Source: a virus. Taken from it: a stretch of 45,080 bases of DNA. Shown here in pieces: positions 21,271 to 29,273 of this stretch. The first letter of the stretch is position 1, and each line of letters starts with the position of its first letter. The position numbers were made by a program, and so were the translations under genes. Under the pieces are notes generated by a model, which ran no database searches, had not been told where the DNA came from, and was given only the letters and a program-made list of their open reading frames with translations. The DNA is taken from the IMG/VR virus record IMGVR_UViG_3300033052_000026, positions 1-45,080 of that record, one strand, 5' to 3'.

Positions 21271-22235
21271 TACTGCATAGCCTGAATAGAGAGCAACGAG
21301 CCAGCATCACCGACCGAGCAGGAACAGCGGAACTTGTGCCCGTTGGTCGTCGTGAAGACGCTGCCGGACACCTTTGTCCATCCCGAGGTCGTGATTGTGC
21401 CCGCCGAGCCGTTGTTGGTGATGTCAAGGGTGTAGAACCCATTGTTCGAGCCGGGGGCCAAGGTGTGCGCACCACCGTTGGTGTAATGCTGCATAGGGCG
21501 GTCGCCAGGATCGGGTGTAACGGTGCCCGTGGTGATCGTGCCAAGCGACAGGGAAGTGATGCGTGCGCCGCCAGTAATTACTTGGTCGGCAACATCGTTT
21601 CCGAACTCGACGCCTGCCTTCTGGAAGCCAGTGGCGTTGATCTTCCCGGCGCCTGGATCCCCTCCGGTAGCGCCCTCCATATAGAAGCCGGCGGCTATAT
21701 GGGCGCGGAAGGACAGGGTGCCAGACCGGATGGTGATAAAGCGCAGAGTGGCGCTTTCGGCGGTATCTGTCGGGCTGTTCAGAACAGTATCGATTGTCGC
21801 ATATCGCGTGTCGTTGCCCCCAGAATCCCGTGCCCGCCAGTTGATCATGCTGAGGTTGTCGGACACGGCAGGTGACGCCGAGTCGCGGAAAAGAACGAGA
21901 TCTGGCCCCGAGCCCGCACCCGCCTCCGTGCTGGTGACAGTGAGCAACGTGCCCGCAGACGTGCTCGTGATGGTCATGGCGTTGGTATCGGCAATGGTCA
22001 CGCCCGATGTCTGGAGCGCGCCGGCAACACCGTCAAAACGGGGCACAGTGTTATCGACAGACACGCCCACCGTGAGCGTAACCGTGGTCGAGAACGTCTT
22101 GATCTGCGCCATCATCTCGCGGACAATGTTGTCGACTTGCGACGGTGTCGTAACAGCGCCGTCAATGGGGATTGAGTTGATGTCCGTGTTGTTCGCTGCA
22201 ACAGTATCCCAATCGGAAACCTGTAATTTAGCCAT
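21270..22235 (-). CDS. Tail fibre protein B
   Basis: N-terminus DWDTVAANNTDINSIPIDGAVTTPSQVDNIVREMMAQIK. Paralogous module to fibre A. Confidence 0.75.
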   Translation of the reverse strand: MAKLQVSDWDTVAANNTDINSIPIDGAVTTPSQVDNIVREMMAQIKTFSTTVTLTVGVSVDNTVPRFDGVAGALQTSGVTIADTNAMTITSTSAGTLLTVTSTEAGAGSGPDLVLFRDSASPAVSDNLSMINWRARDSGGNDTRYATIDTVLNSPTDTAESATLRFITIRSGTLSFRAHIAAGFYMEGATGGDPGAGKINATGFQKAGVEFGNDVADQVITGGARITSLSLGTITTGTVTPDPGDRPMQHYTNGGAHTLAPGSNNGFYTLDITNNGSAGTITTSGWTKVSGSVFTTTNGHKFRCSCSVGDAGSLLSIQAMQ

Positions 22236-23965
22236 TAATACAAGCCTCCTTGGCCCTTGCTGATGGCGTCCGCGGCCCTGGGCGAAATTTCGCGCATCTG
22301 TCGGTCGGTGAGATTGCTTTCGCGCCCGCCGAGGGCTCCACGCGTGCCGGTCGGAGCATTTGGGAAGGCCCCGCCGCGCTGCGGGTTGGCGAACGTCATA
22401 TTCATCATGCCGTAGGGCGTCATGACGTTGCGGTTGAAGGTGCCGATGCCGAGCGCGTCGAGCGGGTTGCGGCCCTTGGCGAGTTCGGCTCCGATCAGGC
22501 CACCGGCAATCGCGCCGATTGGCCCGAGCATTCCGCCGAGTGCCGACCCGGCCATGCCACCAAGCCCGCCCCGAACCATCTCGCCCATGCGGGATTGCGG
22601 CTGCGAGATGCCGAAGCCGGGAGATTGGACGCCCTGGCCGTCGAGCGGCCCGGAGACGCCCGGAGAGCCGAACGAAGCCGCCTGGGAGCCATTGGGCAGC
22701 GTCGTGGTGCGGGCGCCAAACTTATTCTCCACCGTCGTGCGGCCGAACTGGTCAGCCGAGACAATGCTGCCGTCTGAGGCGACGCCGCGCGCGGCCTGCC
22801 CGTTATAGACATCCATTGCGGTCGGCTGCCTCGGAGCCGGAGGGGCTGCCGGGAACTCCTGAACCGGCGACGGGAGCCGTTGCACCTGCATCGGGGCGGG
22901 CTGCGGGACGGCCGGAGGAGGAGCGGTGGGAACCGGAGATGCCGGAACGAATGTCGGCATGGTCGGCTTCGGGCCGAACGTCTGAGCCGGCGAGATCGGA
23001 ACCGAGGAGGTGAGCAGACCAGCGGAAGGCGGTGGCGTCAGCGGCGCGGCAATGCGGGACTGTGCGTACTGCTGGTAGGCGTTCACCTGCTTCGGGCTGA
23101 GTGCTGGCGCAGCCGGTGGCGCAAGATTGCCGCGCGGGATGTTGTTCATTGAATTCACGGGTGCGGCAGGCCGCGCCGGAACCGGGTCAACCGGCGCATA
23201 GCCCCGCGTGTTGGCGTAGTCCTGATAAGCCGCGACCTGATTTCGCGACAGGGGCCCGACCGGCTGCAACGGGGCGCGCTCGATCTTCCCGAGCGGGGCC
23301 GCGAATGTCTGCGCCGGCAACTGCGTGCGGCCACCAGCCGGGAGAGCCCCGAGCGTGGCGGCAAGACGCATGCTCTGTGCATTCGGGGCAACAGCTCGAG
23401 CCGAAACCGTCTGGAAGCGCTGCGGCGGCAGCGGGGCACCAGCCAGGTCAACGCCTGCCATGTCCCAAGCGCGCTGGATCTCCCCCCACGATTTGGTCGG
23501 CTGTCCATATTCCTTCGGCGCGCTCGGCAGAGACGCCCATTCTGGCCCCACGGCGTTGATGAAGCCGCGCAGATCGCCGTTGACCAGCGCATTGAGGCCG
23601 TTGCGTCCATCGATCAGCGCCAGGGCGGCGATGTCCTGCGCGCGCGGGCCGAAGTTGGTCAGCCCCAGCTTGGAAGCGACCGAATTCCACGTCCCCTTGA
23701 GGAACTGGTATGCCCCCGCAGCTGTCGTCTTCTGCCTGCGCCCGTTGGCCGTGAACGACTTGCTTGTCCCCGGGTGCCACGACAGATCGCGAATATGGGA
23801 AAAGCCGTAGCCGACCGAATAAGGGTCCGCCCGCCGCGCCGTGCCTTCGGCGCTCCTGATGACGGAGAGCCCGCGCTGGACGTTCGGGTTCTCAAGCAGC
23901 GTTTCGTAATAGCTGGCGCTGCCGGGGACCGTAGTCGCCCTGCTCGGGTATGATCGGTTTGCCAA
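22235..23965 (-). CDS. Virion-associated peptidoglycan hydrolase (lambda R-like transglycosylase N-domain, Pro-rich middle, Gly-rich C-terminus)
   Basis: SAEGT..GYGF..HP..AAGAYQFLKGTWNSVASKLGL..FGPRAQD..GPEWASLPSAP.EYGQP aligns with the lambda R pattern. TTG start follows GAGG. Confidence 0.8.
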   Translation of the reverse strand: MANRSYPSRATTVPGSASYYETLLENPNVQRGLSVIRSAEGTARRADPYSVGYGFSHIRDLSWHPGTSKSFTANGRRQKTTAAGAYQFLKGTWNSVASKLGLTNFGPRAQDIAALALIDGRNGLNALVNGDLRGFINAVGPEWASLPSAPKEYGQPTKSWGEIQRAWDMAGVDLAGAPLPPQRFQTVSARAVAPNAQSMRLAATLGALPAGGRTQLPAQTFAAPLGKIERAPLQPVGPLSRNQVAAYQDYANTRGYAPVDPVPARPAAPVNSMNNIPRGNLAPPAAPALSPKQVNAYQQYAQSRIAAPLTPPPSAGLLTSSVPISPAQTFGPKPTMPTFVPASPVPTAPPPAVPQPAPMQVQRLPSPVQEFPAAPPAPRQPTAMDVYNGQAARGVASDGSIVSADQFGRTTVENKFGARTTTLPNGSQAASFGSPGVSGPLDGQGVQSPGFGISQPQSRMGEMVRGGLGGMAGSALGGMLGPIGAIAGGLIGAELAKGRNPLDALGIGTFNRNVMTPYGMMNMTFANPQRGGAFPNAPTGTRGALGGRESNLTDRQMREISPRAADAISKGQGGLY

Positions 23966-23995
23966 GGCGAAACCTCATGTGGTATTTCTGAAGGG

Positions 23996-24331
23996 ATGGA
24001 GAAACCAGAGCAGCCGCTGATTGAGCATGACCCCGACGAATCCCGCGCCGAAGACGGCAGTTTGCCCGCCGGCTATGTGATCGGTCTGTTCGGCATTTCG
24101 GCTGCCGGCTATCTGTCCCGTAACAACCTCCCGCCGATGGACTGGCGGGATTACATCGCCTTTGGCGTGTTCATCGCCCTACTGGTTTGGTGCTTCCGCC
24201 CGCGCCGCATTCGCCCCGTAGGCTACGCCGAAAGCCATGAGCGCACGCGTCAGAGCCTCGCGTTTCGACTTGGCAAGAAGCTGAACCGTATTCTGCACCA
24301 TCGGCGCCGGAACACCGCCGCTCGCGATTAG
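23996..24331 (+). CDS. Possible small 2-TM protein on the opposite strand
   Basis: Fills a 213-bp gap with no leftward ORF. TM-like segments YVIGLFGISAAGYL and YIAFGVFIALLVWCF. The 3' part runs antisense into 24179-25831 and may be spurious. Confidence 0.3.
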   Translation: MEKPEQPLIEHDPDESRAEDGSLPAGYVIGLFGISAAGYLSRNNLPPMDWRDYIAFGVFIALLVWCFRPRRIRPVGYAESHERTRQSLAFRLGKKLNRILHHRRRNTAARD

Positions 24332-25831
24332 GTTGACCAGCTCGGCAACCGATTTCCGCGACAGGTGCTCTGCCGTCTTCTTTGCGCCGAAGCCCATCAC
24401 CATGGCGGGAATGGCCACCTGCGGAGCCGCCACAGCACCACCAAGCCCGAGAGCCGCCATAAGCCCGTTGCCCTGCGGCGAAATCTTGCCGGCGAGCCTG
24501 AGGGCATTCTGCGTCTTTGACCCGAGCACAGCTTTCCGTGCCGCGTCCTTTTCGGCGGCCGAGAACCCGCGCCCCATCGTTTCGCTTGTCAGCAGGCGCT
24601 TGATCTGCTGGCGGGTGGCGTTTTCGACATTACCACCTGAGCCCGTCGAACCCGCATTGAGCGCCGCACGGTCCATAAGCCCCTCGACAGTCTCCAGCTT
24701 GCGCGCCCGCCCCCAAAGGCTGCGCGCTTCCTGAATGGCCTCTGCCCCCGCCTTGGGGTTGCCCATCAGCACCGTTGCCGGGTCGGCCGCATTCACCATC
24801 TCATCAATCCGCCCAATGATCTGGGTCAGCACCTTGTTGTTGGACTGGTTGCCAGGGATGAACCCATTGCTGGCCACCTTGCGCAGCGTATCGAGGCCCT
24901 TGAACGTGACGTTTCCGTTCTTCATGTCACGGAGACGTTTCAGGACGGCCATCGCGCCAGGTTCGTTTGCCGGGTCGAAACCATGGGTGGTCAGATCATC
25001 CACGACATTGCGCGTGAGCCTGTCCACACCCGTCTTGTTGAAGACAACACCCGCCGCGTCAGCCTTCCTGTAGGCGGCATTGGAAGCAGCCTTTAGGTCA
25101 TCAACGCTCAACTGTGCGGGTTTTGGATTGAACCTACCGGCAATCTTGTCAATGCCCTTCGCAAAGCCTTCGCCTAAGAGATTGCCACCAACGCCCGCAA
25201 GGCTGCCAACAAGTGCGCCTGTGCCGATGTCCTGGTCATTGCCGGCAGCAGTCAAGGCGCCATAGCCGGCCCCTTCTGCCCCCATCAGCGCCGTGCGGGC
25301 GCCGAGGCCCTTGGCGCCCGTCATCGCCGCCGTGCCGCCACGCCCTGCCAGCGTGAGGCCCTTGCTGGCGAGCCCCATCGGAGCGGCAACGCCGCCTGCA
25401 ATTTCGGCTGCTACACCAGCTCCACCGGCACGGTTGCGGGCTCCCTGCGTCAAGCGACGCTGTTCGGCCAGTTCGTCCTCATAGGATTTGCCGGTGAACA
25501 GCGAGCGGGCACCTGCGGCGGCTTTGTCGCCGAACCCGAATGTCGCGCCATTCGCTGCCAGTTGGAGCGTATCGGACGCGGCCACGAGCGGCTTTTGCCA
25601 CTCCGGCAGCGCGTCATACTGTGCCTTCGCCGGGTTCTGCGTGATGGCGGACAACTCGGCCAAGCCCTGCTGCATCTCGGGCGATGCCGGAGCAGTCTGG
25701 GTCTCACGGAAATTCCGCACGTCATCCAGGCTCACGCCTTCGGAGGCAATGTAGCCGTCAATGTCCTCCTCCGGCGCGCCTTGGGCGGCCATCTTGCGGA
25801 CGTTGTTCTTGATGCGCGCGAGATCGGCCAT
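24179..25831 (-). CDS. Internal virion/ejection-type protein (550 aa)
   Basis: Large Gly/Ala-rich ORF in the virion operon, coupled by overlaps. Confidence 0.75.
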   Translation of the reverse strand: MADLARIKNNVRKMAAQGAPEEDIDGYIASEGVSLDDVRNFRETQTAPASPEMQQGLAELSAITQNPAKAQYDALPEWQKPLVAASDTLQLAANGATFGFGDKAAAGARSLFTGKSYEDELAEQRRLTQGARNRAGGAGVAAEIAGGVAAPMGLASKGLTLAGRGGTAAMTGAKGLGARTALMGAEGAGYGALTAAGNDQDIGTGALVGSLAGVGGNLLGEGFAKGIDKIAGRFNPKPAQLSVDDLKAASNAAYRKADAAGVVFNKTGVDRLTRNVVDDLTTHGFDPANEPGAMAVLKRLRDMKNGNVTFKGLDTLRKVASNGFIPGNQSNNKVLTQIIGRIDEMVNAADPATVLMGNPKAGAEAIQEARSLWGRARKLETVEGLMDRAALNAGSTGSGGNVENATRQQIKRLLTSETMGRGFSAAEKDAARKAVLGSKTQNALRLAGKISPQGNGLMAALGLGGAVAAPQVAIPAMVMGFGAKKTAEHLSRKSVAELVNLIASGGVPAPMVQNTVQLLAKSKREALTRALMAFGVAYGANAARAEAPNQ

Positions 25832-26859
25832 CAGTCGAGCCCGTATTTGGTCTTGTAGTCAACGGCACCACCGCCGCCCTGCCCGGCCTGCTGCCGCGCA
25901 CGAGTCAAGCCAGCCTTGATGACGTCCTCAAGGTCGGTGATCGCTCGCACATAGTCGGCATCGCTGAGGCGCTGATTGCGGAGGCGCGAAATCGCGTCCG
26001 TGGCCTTCTGGCCCTCAATCTCGGTGATCTGGCCACCGCCCTTGAGCATCTGGAAGGCCTGGAGGAAAGACTGCCCCTGCGTCTGGTCGACCAGTGACTG
26101 GAAATCGACCTGATCGGACGTGCGCGACGGCAGCATACCCTCGACGAAGCCGGTGGATCCGGCACGACCAGGATGGGTCTTCATGCGCTCAAGCACGCCA
26201 AGCGTCTGGGCAGCGTTCTGCTCGACGCGCGGCAGGTCGAACGAAGCTTCACCCTGTGCCTTGCCCGCCGCACCGCCACGACCGGTGTCAAAGGCCTTCT
26301 GATATGGCCCGACCGGCGTAAGGCCCTGCGGCATTTCAGAGCGGATGACGCGGCCGTCCTTGGTTGCCTGTCCGATAACCGGGTTGCCGTTTTCATCCTG
26401 AAGCCAGACGGGCTGCAGGCCTGCAACACCTTCGGATCCGCCACCGGGAGCTGACACCCATTCGCCGGTTTCGGAGTTGAACAGGTTGCCGCCGCCAGCA
26501 TTGATATAGCCCTGCCCCTTCTGGGCCTTGCGAGCTTCGAGGAACATCTTGTAGGCGTCGCCCGGCTGAAGGGCTCCGGCCTCGACCGCTTGGGCATATT
26601 CGGGTGCCTGCTGGCGGAGGAAGTCCAGCGTCTTGTTCTTCTGGGCGGTCTGCGCCTGCAACTCGCGCTGCTTTACGATGCCCTGACCCATTGCGCCGAA
26701 TGCGTTGGCGAAGTTCTGGCTATTGCCCTGATTGCTAAGAAGCGCGGCGGCGGCGGGAAGTGCCACCTCGGGCGCAAGCAGGCCACCAAGGCCCATGGGC
26801 TGGGTGGAGCCCGGAACCTGTGCGCGCTGGCCGAAAAGGGCATCGAGAAGACCAGCCAT
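25831..26859 (-). CDS. Internal virion-type protein (342 aa)
   Basis: Overlap-coupled ORF in the virion operon. Confidence 0.75.
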   Translation of the reverse strand: MAGLLDALFGQRAQVPGSTQPMGLGGLLAPEVALPAAAALLSNQGNSQNFANAFGAMGQGIVKQRELQAQTAQKNKTLDFLRQQAPEYAQAVEAGALQPGDAYKMFLEARKAQKGQGYINAGGGNLFNSETGEWVSAPGGGSEGVAGLQPVWLQDENGNPVIGQATKDGRVIRSEMPQGLTPVGPYQKAFDTGRGGAAGKAQGEASFDLPRVEQNAAQTLGVLERMKTHPGRAGSTGFVEGMLPSRTSDQVDFQSLVDQTQGQSFLQAFQMLKGGGQITEIEGQKATDAISRLRNQRLSDADYVRAITDLEDVIKAGLTRARQQAGQGGGGAVDYKTKYGLD

Positions 26860-27140
26860 TAGCGCCTCCTCGCGCCCGTGATACCGGGCTTCTTGGGTTC
26901 AGGCGTCGCCACCGGGGGCACAAAGCCCCTCTGCGAGAAATCCGGGATCGTCATCGGCTTGTAGATGCTCGACAGGTAGCCCATGAGGTCGGCCGGCTGC
27001 TGGCCGTAGCCCATGGCGAGCTGGTCAGCCAATGCCTGCTGCATGCCGGGCATGAACGGCTGGACCGTCATCATCGGCTGTTGTGGCGTCGGAGTGGTGG
27101 CCTTGCTGTCGGTGGTGGGTTTCTTCGAACTGCCGCCCAT
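26859..27140 (-). CDS. Small virion-type protein (93 aa, MGGSSKKPTT N-terminus)
   Basis: SD GAGGA before ATG 27140. The N-terminus resembles that of 27824-28678. Confidence 0.6.
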   Translation of the reverse strand: MGGSSKKPTTDSKATTPTPQQPMMTVQPFMPGMQQALADQLAMGYGQQPADLMGYLSSIYKPMTIPDFSQRGFVPPVATPEPKKPGITGARRR

Positions 27141-27242
27141 CTATTTGAATCCTCTACGTTTCCATGCTAGAAACGACGAACGCGCCGAAGGGCTGGCACC
27201 CAACGACGCGCTCTAACCAAGCCAACCTGATGAGAGGTCGAA

Positions 27243-27827
27243 ATGGCTATTTCTCGTTTATGCTCAGTTCCCGATTGCGGCAAGCCTACGCGCGGCAGCC
27301 GCCGATTTTGCTCACCACATGAGCACCGTTTCCATCGCTACGGAGACCCGCTGGCAGGTGGCCGAGAGATGGGTTTGCCAACAAGGCATTTTGAAGAAGT
27401 AGTGCTGCCGTATAAGGGCAATGACTGCATCGAATGGCCATTCTTCCGGATGAAATCCGGGTACGGCCAGATCAGTTACAAAAGACGAAAGATCCTCGTC
27501 CACCGTCTTGTTTGCGAGATTACTCACGGCCCAGCTCCAACTGGCAAGCATGTGGCCGCGCACAATTGCGGCAACGCCACGTGCGTAAACCCTCAGCATA
27601 TCCGATGGGCAACTCAGGGCGAGAACCTCGATGACCGTTACATCCACGGGACAATCCCGCTCGGCGAAAATCACTGTTTCGCCAAGCTGACAGTCGGAGA
27701 TGTCAAGATGATCCGATGCCTTCTTGATAACGGCTTCCGGCAGGACGCCATTGGTAGACGGTTCGGCGTCACCCAAGCCGCTGTCAGGGGCATTAAAACC
27801 GGCAAGAGTTGGGGATGGCTCCCCTAG
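27243..27827 (+). CDS. HNH homing endonuclease
   Basis: HRLVCEITHG..AAHNCGNATCVNPQHIRWATQGEN HNH_3-type motif plus a C-terminal HTH-like tail. SD GAGAGG. Opposite strand, AT-richer. Confidence 0.85.
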   Translation: MAISRLCSVPDCGKPTRGSRRFCSPHEHRFHRYGDPLAGGREMGLPTRHFEEVVLPYKGNDCIEWPFFRMKSGYGQISYKRRKILVHRLVCEITHGPAPTGKHVAAHNCGNATCVNPQHIRWATQGENLDDRYIHGTIPLGENHCFAKLTVGDVKMIRCLLDNGFRQDAIGRRFGVTQAAVRGIKTGKSWGWLP

Positions 27828-28678
27828 ATTTTCCCCCCACCCCTTAAGAGGCTTGCGCCACCTAGGCCCGCGCCCAAAACGTTGGAAAATGTGCTATTCG
27901 GACCTTGGGCGGTAGCCGTCGAGGTTCCGAGGTTCCCTCCGCCTGACGCAATGCCTTGCAACGCGGTGAGATTAGCCAATGGCGCGTTGGCGCTTTCCTG
28001 CGCAATCCTGAGCTGATCATTCAGTGTGCGGCCGGCAAGGTCTTCGTACATTGAGCCGACCTGGAGCAGCGGGCTGTAGGCGGACTGTGCGCCCTGATAG
28101 GCGTCGCCCAGGTTGTTCATGCCTTGCTGGCCAGCATTGAAAAGCGCCGATTGCGCGGCATCCTTGCGGTTCTGGAAGTTCTGATATTCGCCGTAATCGA
28201 GATCGGCGGCAACATCGCCAACCGCCCGCGAAACGGCGCCCTGATGCGTACCCGAGCCATATCGGCCGGCACCGGACGCGTTGAGGTTTGCCGCATTGGC
28301 CGCTGCGTCCATGGCGCGCTGGCGAATGCTGGCAAAAGCCGGATTGGCGTTGATATCGAACTCGCCTGTCGCGGTGTCACGAATGCCGGAAAGCGCCGCC
28401 TGCTGCGGGTCGTTGAAGCCGCCAGCACCGATGATGTCCTGGAACTGCCCGGAGAGCCCTTGCCCGCCCGTATTGGCCTGCCCGAGCGACTGGAGGCCGC
28501 CCATGGCCTGCGCCGTCTGCTGGGCGTAAGGGACGACCGTTGACATGGTGTTGGGCCGAACGAGTCCGCCGTTATTGTACAGGCTCAGCGCATCGCCCAT
28601 GCTCCGGTCGAGCAATGGCGCAGCGGCCTTGTATGGCTGATTGCTCGTCGTAGTCGTCTGCTTGTTGCTGCCGCCCAT
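27824..28678 (-). CDS. Internal virion-type protein (284 aa, MGGSNKQTTT N-terminus)
   Basis: Gln/Gly/Ala-rich ORF in the virion operon. Confidence 0.7.
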   Translation of the reverse strand: MGGSNKQTTTTSNQPYKAAAPLLDRSMGDALSLYNNGGLVRPNTMSTVVPYAQQTAQAMGGLQSLGQANTGGQGLSGQFQDIIGAGGFNDPQQAALSGIRDTATGEFDINANPAFASIRQRAMDAAANAANLNASGAGRYGSGTHQGAVSRAVGDVAADLDYGEYQNFQNRKDAAQSALFNAGQQGMNNLGDAYQGAQSAYSPLLQVGSMYEDLAGRTLNDQLRIAQESANAPLANLTALQGIASGGGNLGTSTATAQGPNSTFSNVLGAGLGGASLLRGGGKI

Positions 28679-28872
28679 TATCGGTCCTTCCAGCGAATGA
28701 AGCCGACCGGATCAAGCCGCTTGCGTGCCATGATCTGGTTGCCGTCCTTGTCCATCACGCCGATGTCGATGAGTTCGTGGTCTTCGAAGACCGTGCGGGC
28801 GAGGTAGTCTTCGGCGTTCACGTTCTGGTCGATGTCAGCCCCCCGCGGGCGCACGAAGTAGGTCTTGCTCAT
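28678..28872 (-). CDS. Hypothetical 64-aa protein
   Basis: The ATG at 28872 overlaps the upstream stop (ATGA). The stop overlaps the next ATG. Confidence 0.55.
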   Translation of the reverse strand: MSKTYFVRPRGADIDQNVNAEDYLARTVFEDHELIDIGVMDKDGNQIMARKRLDPVGFIRWKDR

Positions 28873-29273
28873 ATGCGTTCCTCGTAGGTAATTCGCAGTT
28901 TCTTCGTGTGCGGGAAAATCTTGGTCCATCCCTCGCGACCGTCAGCGACCAGCGAGGCCGCGCCACAATCCCGGGCAACCTTCTTCACCATCTCGTGGAG
29001 ATCGGGCATCCACTCGGCCATGCCCTTGCCGTAGAGGGCCATGCAGCGGAATTTCGGCCCGGATTTCCACACTTCCGGCTTCCAGACTGTCGCGGCCTTC
29101 ACCTCATCGCCTTCATGGACTACGAACAGGAAGCAGTGGCCGGCACGACAGCCCACCCAGAGGTCACCTACAGTCAGATCGCCACCGAAGCGGTCGGAGG
29201 CCCGTTGAAACCCATCCACTACCTGCGGCCATATCTGATCGACCATATGAACCGGAACGAGGACGGTGTTCAC
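28869..29273 (-). CDS. Hypothetical virion-module protein (134 aa)
   Basis: GTG start follows SD GGGAGAAG and overlaps the upstream stop (GTGA). Confidence 0.55.
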   Translation of the reverse strand: MNTVLVPVHMVDQIWPQVVDGFQRASDRFGGDLTVGDLWVGCRAGHCFLFVVHEGDEVKAATVWKPEVWKSGPKFRCMALYGKGMAEWMPDLHEMVKKVARDCGAASLVADGREGWTKIFPHTKKLRITYEERI

